The position numbers and the translations under genes were made by a program. From Paraspadella gotoi (taxonomy: Eukaryota > Animalia > Chaetognatha), in NCBI GenBank assembly GCA_051294375.1, contig JBJCIZ010000239.1, forward strand, positions 6,425,996 through 6,489,995: DNA of 64,000 nucleotides. The letters are read 5' to 3'. Below, piece after piece: positions 12,498 through 22,964 of this stretch; within the stretch, counting starts at the first letter, position 1, and every line of letters starts with the position of its first letter. The notes below the pieces were generated by a model. The model searched no databases. It saw only the letters and a list, made by a program, of their open reading frames with translations, and was not told where the DNA came from.

Positions 12498-13688
12498 TCA
12501 TTCGGTATTGTTGACGTGCTGCGTGCCCCAGGTCCACTTGATGGCCCTGACTGTGTCGACCTTCAGGAGGGGACCGATGAGCGGGTAGAGTTGAAAGAGA
12601 AAGATCGAGAGCCAAAAGAGATAACAGCAGAAGGCCGTCAAGATCAACATGGTTTGGATCACCCCGCGGTTCGGACCCTGAGATCGGATAAATGCAGGTA
12701 GCCATTTTTAAATAAGTAGGAGGTTTAAGGTTACGATAATTAAATAATAATTTTTATTATTTTGTATATAAATATAATTTTTTTTTTTAGCCGGATCTGC
12801 TTACAGCAGATTCCGGCTCTATAATTCACTTTGTCGGTCTGTCGGTCCGCCCCCCCAATCTTGTCGGGCATTCACTTATATCATGTCAGAACATCGAATT
12901 ATGATAAATTATGCAAAAAAATAGATGTCCGTCCGTCCCACCTTAGCAAAAAATTGGATGGATGGATGGATTGGAATGAAATTTTGTGTGTGGGTACTGG
13001 GTAGGGAAGTGTTTGATTGAGCTGGATATGAAGTTTTGATAGAATCGTCCGAGTGGAAATGAGTTAAAATGGAAAAAACAAACAATCTATTCCACTATTT
13101 GATTATTATTAATAAATAAGTAATTAATTAAATTATTTGTAATTAATTAATTAATTTTGTAATCGAGATTGTTGTTTTGTGATTGAGAATCGAGACAAAG
13201 TGGAAAACGATTTTGACACGAATTAAAAAAAATAATATTAATTAATTAATTAAATAATTATCAGCTGCTTACCGCTAAGAATCGTGAGCAGATCCGGCAT
13301 TGTTTGCTCTAACTTGTTTACTCGCGAAACTCGGCGAAAGTAAAATTTTACCTCGGAAATTTTGATTTGAAAAAGCATTAGCCTAAATATTTTGATTCGA
13401 AAAAGCATTAGCCTAAATATTTTGATTCGAAAAAGCATTAGCCTAAATATTTTGATTTGAAAAAGCATTAGCCTAAATATTTTGATTTGAAAAAGCATTA
13501 GCCTAAATATTTTCTTCGCGGAGAAGGTTTGAACGTACATACTTATCATCGATTATTATAGCATATACAGTAGTAGATACAGTAGATACTCGATTAAAGA
13601 CCTTGGGGACGAGAAAAGGAATGACACCGCCCACGATGACCCAAAAGAGGGTGACGATGATGAGCGGAATCTCCACGCCTTTTTCCAT
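12498..13688 (-). CDS. ATP6V0E: V-type proton ATPase subunit e (V0), 2 exons, 88 aa
   Basis: Exons 13688-13602 (MEKGVEIPLIIVTLFWVIVGGVIPFLVPK) and 12677-12498 (GPNRGVIQTMLILTAFCCYLFWLSIFLFQLYPLIGPLLK...) give the family motif 'VPKGPNRGVI.TML...CCYLFWL'. Confidence 0.92.
12788..13318 (-). mobile_element. Complete non-autonomous Helentron/DINE-1(HINE)-like element in the V-ATPase e intron
   Basis: Minus-strand 5' end AACAAG, subterminal repeat GCCGGATCTGC (13298-13288), internal (GGAC)/(GGAT) microsatellite, and a 3' stem-loop GCCGGAATCTGC-TGTAA-GCAGATCCGGC (12817-12790) that contains the inverted subterminal repeat, followed by an A-run. Related ends occur at 19126, 25640, 27857, 53950 and 63355. 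Confidence 0.7.
13356..13513. repeat. 30-bp minisatellite, about 5 copies (AAAAGCATTAGCCTAAATATTTTGATT[C/T]GA)
   Basis: Units start at 13371, 13401, 13431, 13461 and 13491 (partial). Intronic. It explains the spurious FRLMLFQIKI-repeat ORF. Confidence 0.95.
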
Positions 13689-14208
13689 TTTTGCCTTTTT
13701 CGTTTCTGCAAATGTGATTGAGAAAGAGAGAAGATAATATAACAGGTGCTGGGCATAGACGAGGCGCCAGATAGTCTATTCATAATTATAGAAGAATACG
13801 ATCATAGAATCAATCTAAAATCCCTTTCTTTAACGGATTTAGTCAAGTGCAGAAAACCACCAACCCCAAATTATAATCAAATGAGCTTGAAATTTCTCCC
13901 CGATCCCCATTGAGGTCATATCGAATAATTGTCCTACCTGGTCGAGTCAAAAAAGTCGCATCTAAGGCACCCGTTCGGTGAGGAAGACGCGATTCACGAA
14001 TTAGCCTTTTTTAATTTCGACTACAACAAAAATATCTAAATACCTAAATATAATGATAATAATCGCGAGACAAAACTTATGAGAAAACGTATGTGGAGGA
14101 GTGTGTGAGGAGGAGGGCCAGGGGGAAACAAAAATGAAAGGGAAAAGAGGAGAGCAATTACTCAAAGAAGAGAATACGAAACGATAAATAGAGAAGAAAG
14201 ATGATCCC

Positions 14209-14901
14209 TCATTTGGTCCACGAGACTTTGGGGATGTCGTAATGCTCCGACAGTTCGTCCAAGTGTCTGTTAAAGTCTTCGACGCGCTCCTTGTGCGTCT
14301 TCTCCGCTTTCTTCATCACGCGGTCCAGTTGACGCCGCTTCTGGACAGAGTCGTAGGCTTTTTGCGCCGCCGTTCGAGTGTCCCTGGAGAAGGTGGAAAC
14401 AATTTGAAAAAAAAAAACCAAAAAAAACAAAGCGATTGCACGAACAGTTGTTGCTAAGTTTGACTACTTTGTATGTTTGTCCGAAATAGTTATTTTAAAC
14501 TGATATTCAAACTCGCATTAAATTATATTACATTACATAAAATTTTAATTACAATAACGAAAACACCAAAAGACAAAAAATGACGGGAACTTGGTTTCCC
14601 GTTCGTCCTTCGGTCCCGTCCGACCCCAAAAAGCCTCGGTTGAGAGCCCCGCCATTAAATTTTCCCAAATCCTCACCGGCCCCGCGCAAATCTCATACGT
14701 CACTCAAACTCACAGTGGCTCGTCCTCCGAGTCAGACTCGTTCTTTCCGATCTGCGGCGAGCCTCTCGCCTCCTCGCGCAGGTGTCGCTCGATCCTTTCC
14801 TTCGTCTCCTTTTTGGATTTCTTCTTCTTCTTCTTCTTGCTGGAGGATTTAAGTTTTAAGGCGCCGCTCGAGGCCGAAAAGTAAGGATCGTCGGTAGACA
14901 T
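14209..14901 (-). CDS. FAM32A: Protein FAM32A homolog, 2 exons
   Basis: Exons 14901-14714 and 14383-14209. 'GALKLK', a lysine run, and C-terminal 'KTHKERVEDFNRHLDELSEHYDIPKVSWTK*', which is nearly identical to the FAM32A terminus. Confidence 0.95.
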
Positions 14902-15388
14902 CTGAACAACGATTAATTATCACGCACGGAATATAGTTAAAATCGCGGATAAAACCTTTATTGTTTTAGATTAATAAATAACTTTTTTTTTCGTCGAATA
15001 ATCGAAAGCGGTGTAATATTTCTCGGTGTAGGAGGGATATAGAATTAACGGCTCGCACTTTTAGGACGATAACAAATATCTAAAAGATTTACTGCTGGTG
15101 TAGTTTCTAGTGATAAGATTAACAATGTAAACATCAATCACAAATTAATAAAACAGAGCCGAGTAGCACGACAGAAACCCTCGGCATTCCCTTAATAAAA
15201 AAATCAAAAATTATACCCACCCCCTGAAAATAATCATTCATCTCATCAACTAATCACAAATCATGAAAAAAATCACAAGCGTTCTTTACAAGTAAGGAAT
15301 GTATATAAATGATCCGGCAATAAAAACTCAATCCTCGCAGATTAAGAAATATTGCTACTTTTCACCATAAATCGTTTTCATATAAAAG

Positions 15389-15685
15389 CTACATAATAAC
15401 GACGCCGTCAAGAAACGTAAAGTTAGGATCCAAACGACGCCCATAATTCACGTCATCGTCGTCGTCCTCGCCGCTGCCACGCCCCTTGTCGACGTTGACC
15501 TTCTTCCTCGGATTCGGCGGCTGATCGGTGATCGTGCCCCACTCCGCGTAACGCAACGACGGCCGGCGTTCCCGACGAGCGGCGGCGTCGTCGAACCTCC
15601 CCGTCGACACATCCGAGTCGCTGGAGACTCGCGCGCTCCGCCGACGAAGCGTCGGAGCAGCGACGCCGCCGCCCGCCGCCTCCAG
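15389..15685 (-). other. In-frame 98-codon extension after the SAC1 UGA stop (candidate readthrough region)
   Basis: TGA at 15688-15686 is followed by CTG. The same frame stays open to TAG at 15391-15389, and the GC-rich coding-like composition ends at that second stop. Confidence 0.55.
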
Positions 15686-17476
15686 TCAATCCCGCTTCTC
15701 CTTGACGGGGACGAGTTTGGGCCTGTCCACGAACTCCCGGCCGTAGTGAAGAATGAGGCCCATGGAGGCCGCGGCGGCGAAGAGACAAAGAAAGAAGAAA
15801 GGGAGCATCCGGGGAGAGACTTCGGCGGGAACGTAGAGCGAGGAGACGCTGAGAGCGAAGGAGGCGAGGAGGAGAAGAGGAAGGACGGCCACCTTAGCGT
15901 CGCGGCGCCGCGACTCGAGAGGGCAGGGCTTCTGCAGACCCTCGGTCGGCTCCACCACGTAGTTGCCGAGGATGAGGTCGATCGAGTCTTGACGATTTCC
16001 GTCGGAGAAGTTGTTCTTGAAGTAACGAATCGCCGAGTTCCAACCGTCCTTCAAGAGGCCCCATTTGGTGCGGACGCCTGTCCGGGTAAAGTCGGTCTTG
16101 AGGGCAGGGGTTCCCGTGTATTGAATTCCCATGGCGTCGGCGTTGTTGGCCCAGACGTTCTTGAAGACAAACTCGAAGAGCTCTTGGTCGATGAGGTTGT
16201 CCTGAGGGTCGAGGATCCCGGCGTCCTTGAGCTGCGTCTCCAGGGAACAGCGAGCGAGGAGACTTTGCACGACGTTTGTGCGGTCGAGACAGTCGATGCA
16301 GTTGGTCCTGAAGACGCCCTCTTGCGTTTTCGAAGGCAGCGGACTTCGTGACGGCGTCACGGAAAAGTAGCCAATGGCGTCACGGTCCGCGGCCACGCCA
16401 TCGATGAGAAGGCTGAGACGGTGCCAGCGCATGCGGCTGCATTCCTTGTGAAAGTCGAAGGCGACGTACTTGACGTTCTTAGAGGCGGTGGCGGCGCTGC
16501 CGGCGAAGGTCTTTTCCAGCCGACCCTCGCCGCCCTTCTGGTCAACCAGGTTGAGCAGCACCTGCCTCCCGTAGAGCACGACCTGCGAGTCGAAATGTTT
16601 GGTGAAGGCGGCAGCGGCGACGGCGGGTCCGCCCTCAATGAGCGGCTTAGGTTTGTACTTAAGGTTCGGATATTGATTCCAATAAAATGGCATGGAGCCG
16701 CGCGTTTGTACGAAGGACGTCTTCGTCCCGTCGGGCATCTCCACGATCTGCTCCGTCTCCACGTAATTGGCGGCGTTGCCCTCCTCGTCGACGCCGCGCA
16801 TGTAGTAGCGACACCCGGCACGGAAGATGGAGCGGCGCGACACCAGGATGTAGTTGATGGTCTGCCCCTTGACGATGGCTTCTTCCACAGCAACGAAGCC
16901 CAGCATGATGGGCAGAGCGAAACGGCCCAGCTCCGGATTGGCCGTGATCGGACGCAGCAGGTGCCGGTTCCACACGAACCTCTCGTCGCTCCTCTCCCAC
17001 AGGTGGAAGGAGGCGAACTCGGGCGAGGTGTTGTGGAGCCGTTGGAGTGAATGGGTCAGGTCGTAGGAGTAGGAGAAGTAGTAACTTGGTGTCTTGAGAG
17101 CGGCCGTCACCATGGAGAGGTAGCGTCGATTGTTGTCCTGTTGTGTCTCCGACAAATGAAGCGTCGTCTTGGAAAAGGGCAGGACGGCGGCGTCCTCGAG
17201 ACGCCAGACCGTCTCTCCGTTGATGGCGCCGACCTCGGAGCGACCCGTGACCACGACGAGGTAAGGGCCGGCAATGAGGTTTATGACGCCAAAGACGCCG
17301 TAAATCGTCGTCACTTTCGCATCGAGCGGGAGTTTGGAAGGGCCGTCCTGGAGGGAGATTTCGTGGGAGACGCGGTCCACCACCAAGACCTCGCCCACCG
17401 TCGCCGCCGACGTCAGGGACGTCACGTAGTACTTATCCGCCGAGGTGTAGAGGCGGAGCGTCTCGTGGGCGGACAT
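15686..17476 (-). CDS. SACM1L: Phosphatidylinositol-4-phosphate phosphatase SAC1, intronless, 596 aa
   Basis: ATG at 17476. Sac domain 'RRSIFRAGCRYYMRG...NYVETEQ', catalytic CX5R(T/S) 'RTNCIDCLDRTNVVQ', two C-terminal hydrophobic helices, and terminal KEKRD (KxKxx). Confidence 0.97.
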   Translation of the reverse strand: MSAHETLRLYTSADKYYVTSLTSAATVGEVLVVDRVSHEISLQDGPSKLPLDAKVTTIYGVFGVINLIAGPYLVVVTGRSEVGAINGETVWRLEDAAVLPFSKTTLHLSETQQDNNRRYLSMVTAALKTPSYYFSYSYDLTHSLQRLHNTSPEFASFHLWERSDERFVWNRHLLRPITANPELGRFALPIMLGFVAVEEAIVKGQTINYILVSRRSIFRAGCRYYMRGVDEEGNAANYVETEQIVEMPDGTKTSFVQTRGSMPFYWNQYPNLKYKPKPLIEGGPAVAAAAFTKHFDSQVVLYGRQVLLNLVDQKGGEGRLEKTFAGSAATASKNVKYVAFDFHKECSRMRWHRLSLLIDGVAADRDAIGYFSVTPSRSPLPSKTQEGVFRTNCIDCLDRTNVVQSLLARCSLETQLKDAGILDPQDNLIDQELFEFVFKNVWANNADAMGIQYTGTPALKTDFTRTGVRTKWGLLKDGWNSAIRYFKNNFSDGNRQDSIDLILGNYVVEPTEGLQKPCPLESRRRDAKVAVLPLLLLASFALSVSSLYVPAEVSPRMLPFFFLCLFAAAASMGLILHYGREFVDRPKLVPVKEKRD

Positions 17477-17857
17477 GACGGGTCTTTTTATCAATTTGGC
17501 TGAGAGGAAAAGAAAAGATGCGGGATATGGTTGATCGCGATCACGAAGGACAAACAACAAAAAAAGGATTGTAATTTTAAAACTAAAATAGCAATAGAAT
17601 TTTATAAAAATATGGCAAGAGTCAAAGGATAACAAGCATAACGAGCAACAACGAAAACCGCTCTTTCCTTTTTCTCTTCAAACAAAAGAAACTTCAACAA
17701 TTGAATTAATTAATTCAATTAATTTAGGACTAATTAATTAATTCAATTAAATAAAGAGAATCTCCCAGTTTTTCACTAACAAAATTTGTAACTAACAAAG
17801 TAATCCTTGGAAGTCAAGTTAGAAAGAAAAAAGGAATCGAGGCGCCTCGGAGTCGAA

Positions 17858-18628
17858 TCACATCCCGTTCTCGAAGAGAAATTGGGTCATTTGTTCGTCG
17901 AAGATTCCCGCGAATCCGACGACGCGTTCCGCTTCGTTCACTTGCGTCTCAATGTCCGTCTCCCGTCGTCGTTCCCACGCTCTCGTCGGCGGACGCCGAT
18001 GTTCGAGGAGGTAGGACTTGGCCGCCCGGACGAAGGCCCAAATGTCGCCCTCCACGTTGCCCACGTAGGTGACTTTGAATCCGCCCTGCGCCCTCGCCTT
18101 CGTCTTCCAGGCGTCGTCGACGCGGATGTCGAAGTGATGATCCTTCTTCCGACGGACGAACCACTCCAACGTCGGGTCCGGATCCGGAGGCATCCATCCC
18201 GAGGGCGTAGGATAGGACGGATGGGGCGGCGGGGTTGGGATGGTGGGCGCGCCGAGGAGATGCTCGACGTAGGACCACTCGACGGGATCCTCGGACTCTT
18301 CGAAGTTGGTGAAGAGATCGTCGGGATGGTGGCGTGAGTAGATGGCGAGAGCCTCGTTCTCCGGCATCGCGTAGTCGGGCTCGTCGAAACGAGCGTCCCT
18401 ATAGTAACGGACGGGCGGCTCGAGTTCTTTAGCGTCTTCCGGATTCTCCGCGACTCTGTAGGGATTGTATAAATTCTCGCGGATTTCCTCGATGGCGGGG
18501 AAAGGGTGGGGCGGAGCCGGGGACGACGAAGACGCTCGCCAAGTGACGCTCGTGGATGTCGTCGCGGTTCGTTGGATTAATCGGGACAGTTTGGACGAAA
18601 CGCGAAGTCCAGATCTCAGGGACGACAT
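17858..18628 (-). CDS. MRPL49: Mitochondrial ribosomal protein mL49, intronless, 256 aa
   Basis: Presequence-like R/S/L-rich N-terminus, then 'FEESEDPVEWSYVEHLL...IPTPPPHPSYPTPSGWMPP...WFVRR...VEGDIWA...TQVNE...GIFDEQMTQFL', matching mL49. Confidence 0.9.
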   Translation of the reverse strand: MSSLRSGLRVSSKLSRLIQRTATTSTSVTWRASSSSPAPPHPFPAIEEIRENLYNPYRVAENPEDAKELEPPVRYYRDARFDEPDYAMPENEALAIYSRHHPDDLFTNFEESEDPVEWSYVEHLLGAPTIPTPPPHPSYPTPSGWMPPDPDPTLEWFVRRKKDHHFDIRVDDAWKTKARAQGGFKVTYVGNVEGDIWAFVRAAKSYLLEHRRPPTRAWERRRETDIETQVNEAERVVGFAGIFDEQMTQFLFENGM

Positions 18629-19125
18629 GGTCAAGAGCTTTTAAAACTAGGAAAAAATTAAAATTACTTAGAATTAGTCCGATTATCTTTATATTCTATG
18701 GATTAGATACCTAACCGTAATCAACCGAGCAGAATTTCTCAATAATCATATAGAAATAATAAGATAGAAGCTAAAAATAAAATATAATATTAAAAATATC
18801 CGGGACGAAATAACCAGAGCAAATTGAGGATTCCTCTGCTCTACTATTTATTCTGCTCGTGTGGCTCCCCTGGTGTTTTTAAAGAAAAACAAAAATAACA
18901 AAAGACGTTTGCAGATAATATTAATATTATTAACATACAGATAAAAAATATAACTTAATAACATGAATAAAATAACGTTTATAAACAATTATTACTAAGT
19001 AATTTTTTTGTTTTATTTCTTTCGTTAATTAAATTCGTTGTCCGAAACAAAAATAAAAACTTTTTTGGTAGAAAATGGAAAAAAGTATGGGATGGTAGGA
19101 AAGTGAAAAGAAGAATGGATACCAT

Positions 19126-19618
19126 AACAAGTTTGAGCAACCAATGTCGGATCTGCCTACGATAATTAATTAATTATTAATGATTATTAATTAATTAATT
19201 AATTAGATTTAATTAATTAATTAATTTTAATAATTATTAATTATAATTTATATTCAGCTTGTCCTCATCGATGTCCTTAAAATTGAGTCAGGACAGTTAT
19301 TAAATGTTTTGTTTACATTTTTATCAAACAAACAAATATCCTCTATTATCGATTTTGATTCGGTTTAGCTTTCGGTCACGCTTTTTTGCAATCATGGCTT
19401 CTGAAAGTGTGATATCAAAGGGAGTTGAAATTTCATATATCAAGATCTTTAAAATTCTCATGTTTCATATCAATATTCGTATTTGTTTATGTTTTATTTA
19501 CAAAACAAAAACGTTTTAATTATATGTCGCTCTCTCTCTCTCTTTCTTTTAAATATATGTCGCTCTCTCTCTCTCTCTCTATTCTCCGTCACTGCTTCTT
19601 CTGATTTCTCTCTCAGCT

Positions 19619-19669
<51 letters not shown>

Positions 19670-20104
19670 TTTTCTTTTACAAAAAAAATTTTAGATATAA
19701 TGTGGGCTCACTAATGTAAAAAAGATGCCGCGAACAGGGTGCGAACCCGGGTCCTTTGGGTAGAGAAAAGCTCACGCTACGTCCAGAGCCATGGGTACTG
19801 CTGATTCTTTTAACGAGTAAAGGGGCTGTAGAGCTTCTCTCTTTCTCTCTCTTTTAATTATTATATATTCGCTCTTTCTCTCTCTCTTTTTCTCTGCAGC
19901 GGCTGTCTCTCTCTCTCTTTTTTCTCTCTGTGTGTGTCTGTCCCTCTCTGTCCGATCTCTTTCGTGATCGTTTGTTTTTTGAAAAATTCTGATTATTTTT
20001 TTCCTTCTAAAAATTTTTTTATTATTACCATTTATTCCGCGCTTTTTTTCAATACAAAATCCCATATTTTCATCCGAGATTTTCGTGGATTTATTCTCTT
20101 TCTT

Positions 20105-20157
<53 letters not shown>

Positions 20158-21385
20158 TTCTCTCTCTTCTCTCTCTCTTTTTATGCAATAGCGACGATCC
20201 TTATGCTTTTAAGATTTTTTTAACTTGCATCATTTTTTCAACTTGCATCATTTTTTCAACTTGCATTCCGTCAAAACTTTAAATCTAGCTTCTTCACTCA
20301 CTTCCTACTGGCTCACAAAATTTCATCTCAATCTATCATGGGTTAAAATAAATAAAAGATTCAAGTAAATGTGACTCATATTTTTTTCATTTAAACTCAT
20401 TTTCCACTGGTACGTTTCCACTGAAACTTTATATCAAGCTTCGGCACACATTTTCCTACCCACACACAAATTTCATATCAATCTATCCATCAAATTATGA
20501 TTAATTAGAGTATTTATTGGTTAAAATAAGTAAAGATTTTAGTAAATTCGACTTATGTTTTTTCTTCATATTAAACTAATTTCCACTCACACGATTCCAT
20601 CGAAACTTTATATCCAGCTTTATCAAAATTTAATAATTCCAATCCAACCAGCCAATCACGAGTTATTGGAGCTTTTTGCTAAGATTAGACGGATGGACGG
20701 ATTGATTGACTAATTAATTAATTATTGATTATTTATTTACTAATTGATTAATTAACTGATTAATTATTTGATTTATTAATACATCCTGCATATACATTTA
20801 ATATAAAAGGAAAAAGAAGCATAATCAATTAGTAAAACAGGTTTTTTGTTTTTTTTCCATTTAAACTCATTTCCACTCAAACTATTCATCGAAACTTGAT
20901 TTCCTGTTCAATCACACACTTTCCTACCACATACAAAATTCCAGGTCAATCAGCCCATCCACTCATGAGCAATTGATGTTCAAATAGTGAATATATTTTT
21001 TTTTGTTTTTTCCATTTAAACTCATTTCCACTCGGACGATTCCATACGAAATTTCATATCCAGCTCAATCACACAACTTACCTATCCTCACACAAAATTT
21101 CATTAAAATCCATCCATCCAATCACAGAGTAATTGGTGTTTTTTGCTAAGGTGGGACGGACGGCGGACGGACGGACGGACGGACGGACACTTACGGACGG
21201 ACGGACGGACGGACGAACAGACAGACAGACAGAACAGACACGACAGACGGACGGACATCATTTTTTTTTCATAATTTATCATAATTCGATGTTCTGACAT
21301 GATATAAGTGTGTGCCCGACAATATTGAGGGGGCGGACCGACGGACCGAAAAAGTGAAATATAGAGGGGATGCTATAAGCAGACG
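19126..21385 (+). mobile_element. Long HINE-like composite element with ~150-190-bp internal tandem repeats and a (GGAC/AGAC)n microsatellite
   Basis: Starts AACAAGTTTGAGCAACCAATGTCGGATCTGCC. Degenerate repeats 'CATTTAAACTCATTTCCACT...CACACAAAATTTCA' lie at ~20300-21100 and a microsatellite at 21150-21260. The 3' part is the reverse complement of the 12790-13080 element. 19126-20180 recurs at 27857-29590. Confidence 0.55.
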
Positions 21386-22504
21386 ATAAAGTGAAAAAAA
21401 GATGGGATGGTAGAAAAGTTAAAAAAAATTGAGATGGAATGATAAAGAAAATTGAATGGTAAGAAAGGGAAAAAGAATAGGATGTTAGGAAAGGGAAAAA
21501 AATTGGAATGGTAGGAAAGTGTAAGAAAAATGAAAGATATGTCTAACAAAATTTCAGTGGTTGAGGACTATTTCAACTATTTTAAAACAATCGCGAGAAA
21601 CCGCGGCGCAAGTGAAAATGGAATGATAGGAAAATGAAAAAAAATAAGAAAACTAATGAAAGGAAAAAGAAAAAAAGAAAAAAATGTTAATTTGGCAAGA
21701 AAGAACCGGGTAATTTATAACGAACCTAAAAAGCAGCACCCGCAGGAGCAGGAGCTGCAGGAGAAAAAGCTGCTCCAGTCCTGAATTGTTAGCGACTTTT
21801 CCGTTGATTTTCCTTTAACCGTGATTTTCGTGAAAGAGAGAGATGTTGAGAAGAGAGAGAGAGAGCGAGGGAAGGTCACTTTGTGGGAGAGAGTTTGTTT
21901 TTCCCCAAAGATTCATTATTGGAAATTTGATCTTCGAGGGAAAGAAGAGAAAGGAAAAGGAAAAGAAAGAGGGGAAAAAGAAAAAATAAAAAAAAGGAGG
22001 GAGGACAAAGAGAGGGAAAAATGAAAAGAGAAAAGGGGAGGAAGGAAAAAAAAACATGATATATATTTAAGATTGAGTGAAATGAGGTATATTCTTTTTA
22101 ATAATAGGAAACAAATTGTTATCAGCAATGAGAAACTAGGAATTCCTAATATAGTCGTTTTAATAGTATTGCATGTACACGTGATCGACTGAATATTCTT
22201 TTCACAGTCAAATGTGATGCAGATATTGACAAAGTGACGCAAAGACATAATGGCCCAAGAATTTAATCACAAGGACAGAAAAGTGGCACCGAAATTAAAA
22301 ACTAAAGTAAAAGGAACAATATAATTTCAACATCACAATAGATCTTATATGCAGAAAGTAGAACTGACGCGTATTATGTAAAGATACAATTTTATAAGAC
22401 GCATATAAGATTTTCAATGACATANNNNNNNNNNNNNNNNNNNNNNNNNGTTATATATTATATATATACATTGAAGAGACAGTATTATTGATAGTGTTAA
22501 AGAC

Positions 22505-22712
22505 AAAACCCGTTCAAATATAAGCAGTCGCCTGTACTTTGATCAAGGCTGTTAACACCATGTTACAAGTGGGTAAGCCCCCATCCTCTTAACTGCTAGC
22601 GGGCCACCGGGCGCTAGAACGCCCGGACCTTTGGTTGGGAGGCGAATGACTTTGTGCGCTCCGGCAACCAATGGCCATGATGAACGGTTGGTGGATTTTA
22701 AGTCCACCATAC
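22505..22712 (-). mobile_element. tRNA-derived SINE-like repeat with subterminal inverted repeats (family 1)
   Basis: Alignable by eye with 22965-23175, 41125-41345, 48331-48530 and 57218-57420. Confidence 0.7.
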
Positions 22713-22964
22713 ATCCTCTCCTGTAGGGGAAGAGTCTGTTGTGTCTCTTCAGTGAAATTGTTGTTGTGGTGAAAGTTCACATCACCAAGTTTGAAAAGGC
22801 CTGTTTTTCCCCCGCTGAATTTGGGTTTTTGTTTGTTGGCCGGAAAGTGCATCTGCCAGGTTGAGGCAATGTCGCCTGAAAGTGTTTGTTGCTGTTTGTG
22901 TTCGGAAGTCGGTGCTCACCAATGAAAGATAAAGTAAATATTGATAAGAATGTTTATGACAGAA

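Noticed and set aside
13585-13595. U12-type intron donor (GTATCT) in ATP6V0E
   Set aside because: It does not match GTATCCTT. The upstream AAG|GT donor restores the conserved VPK-GPNRG motif without extra residues.
15746-17503. Long plus-strand and alternative-frame ORFs overlapping SAC1 (similarly over CERS, DR1, MRPL49)
   Set aside because: These are expected shadows of GC3-rich coding sequence and have no recognisable motifs.
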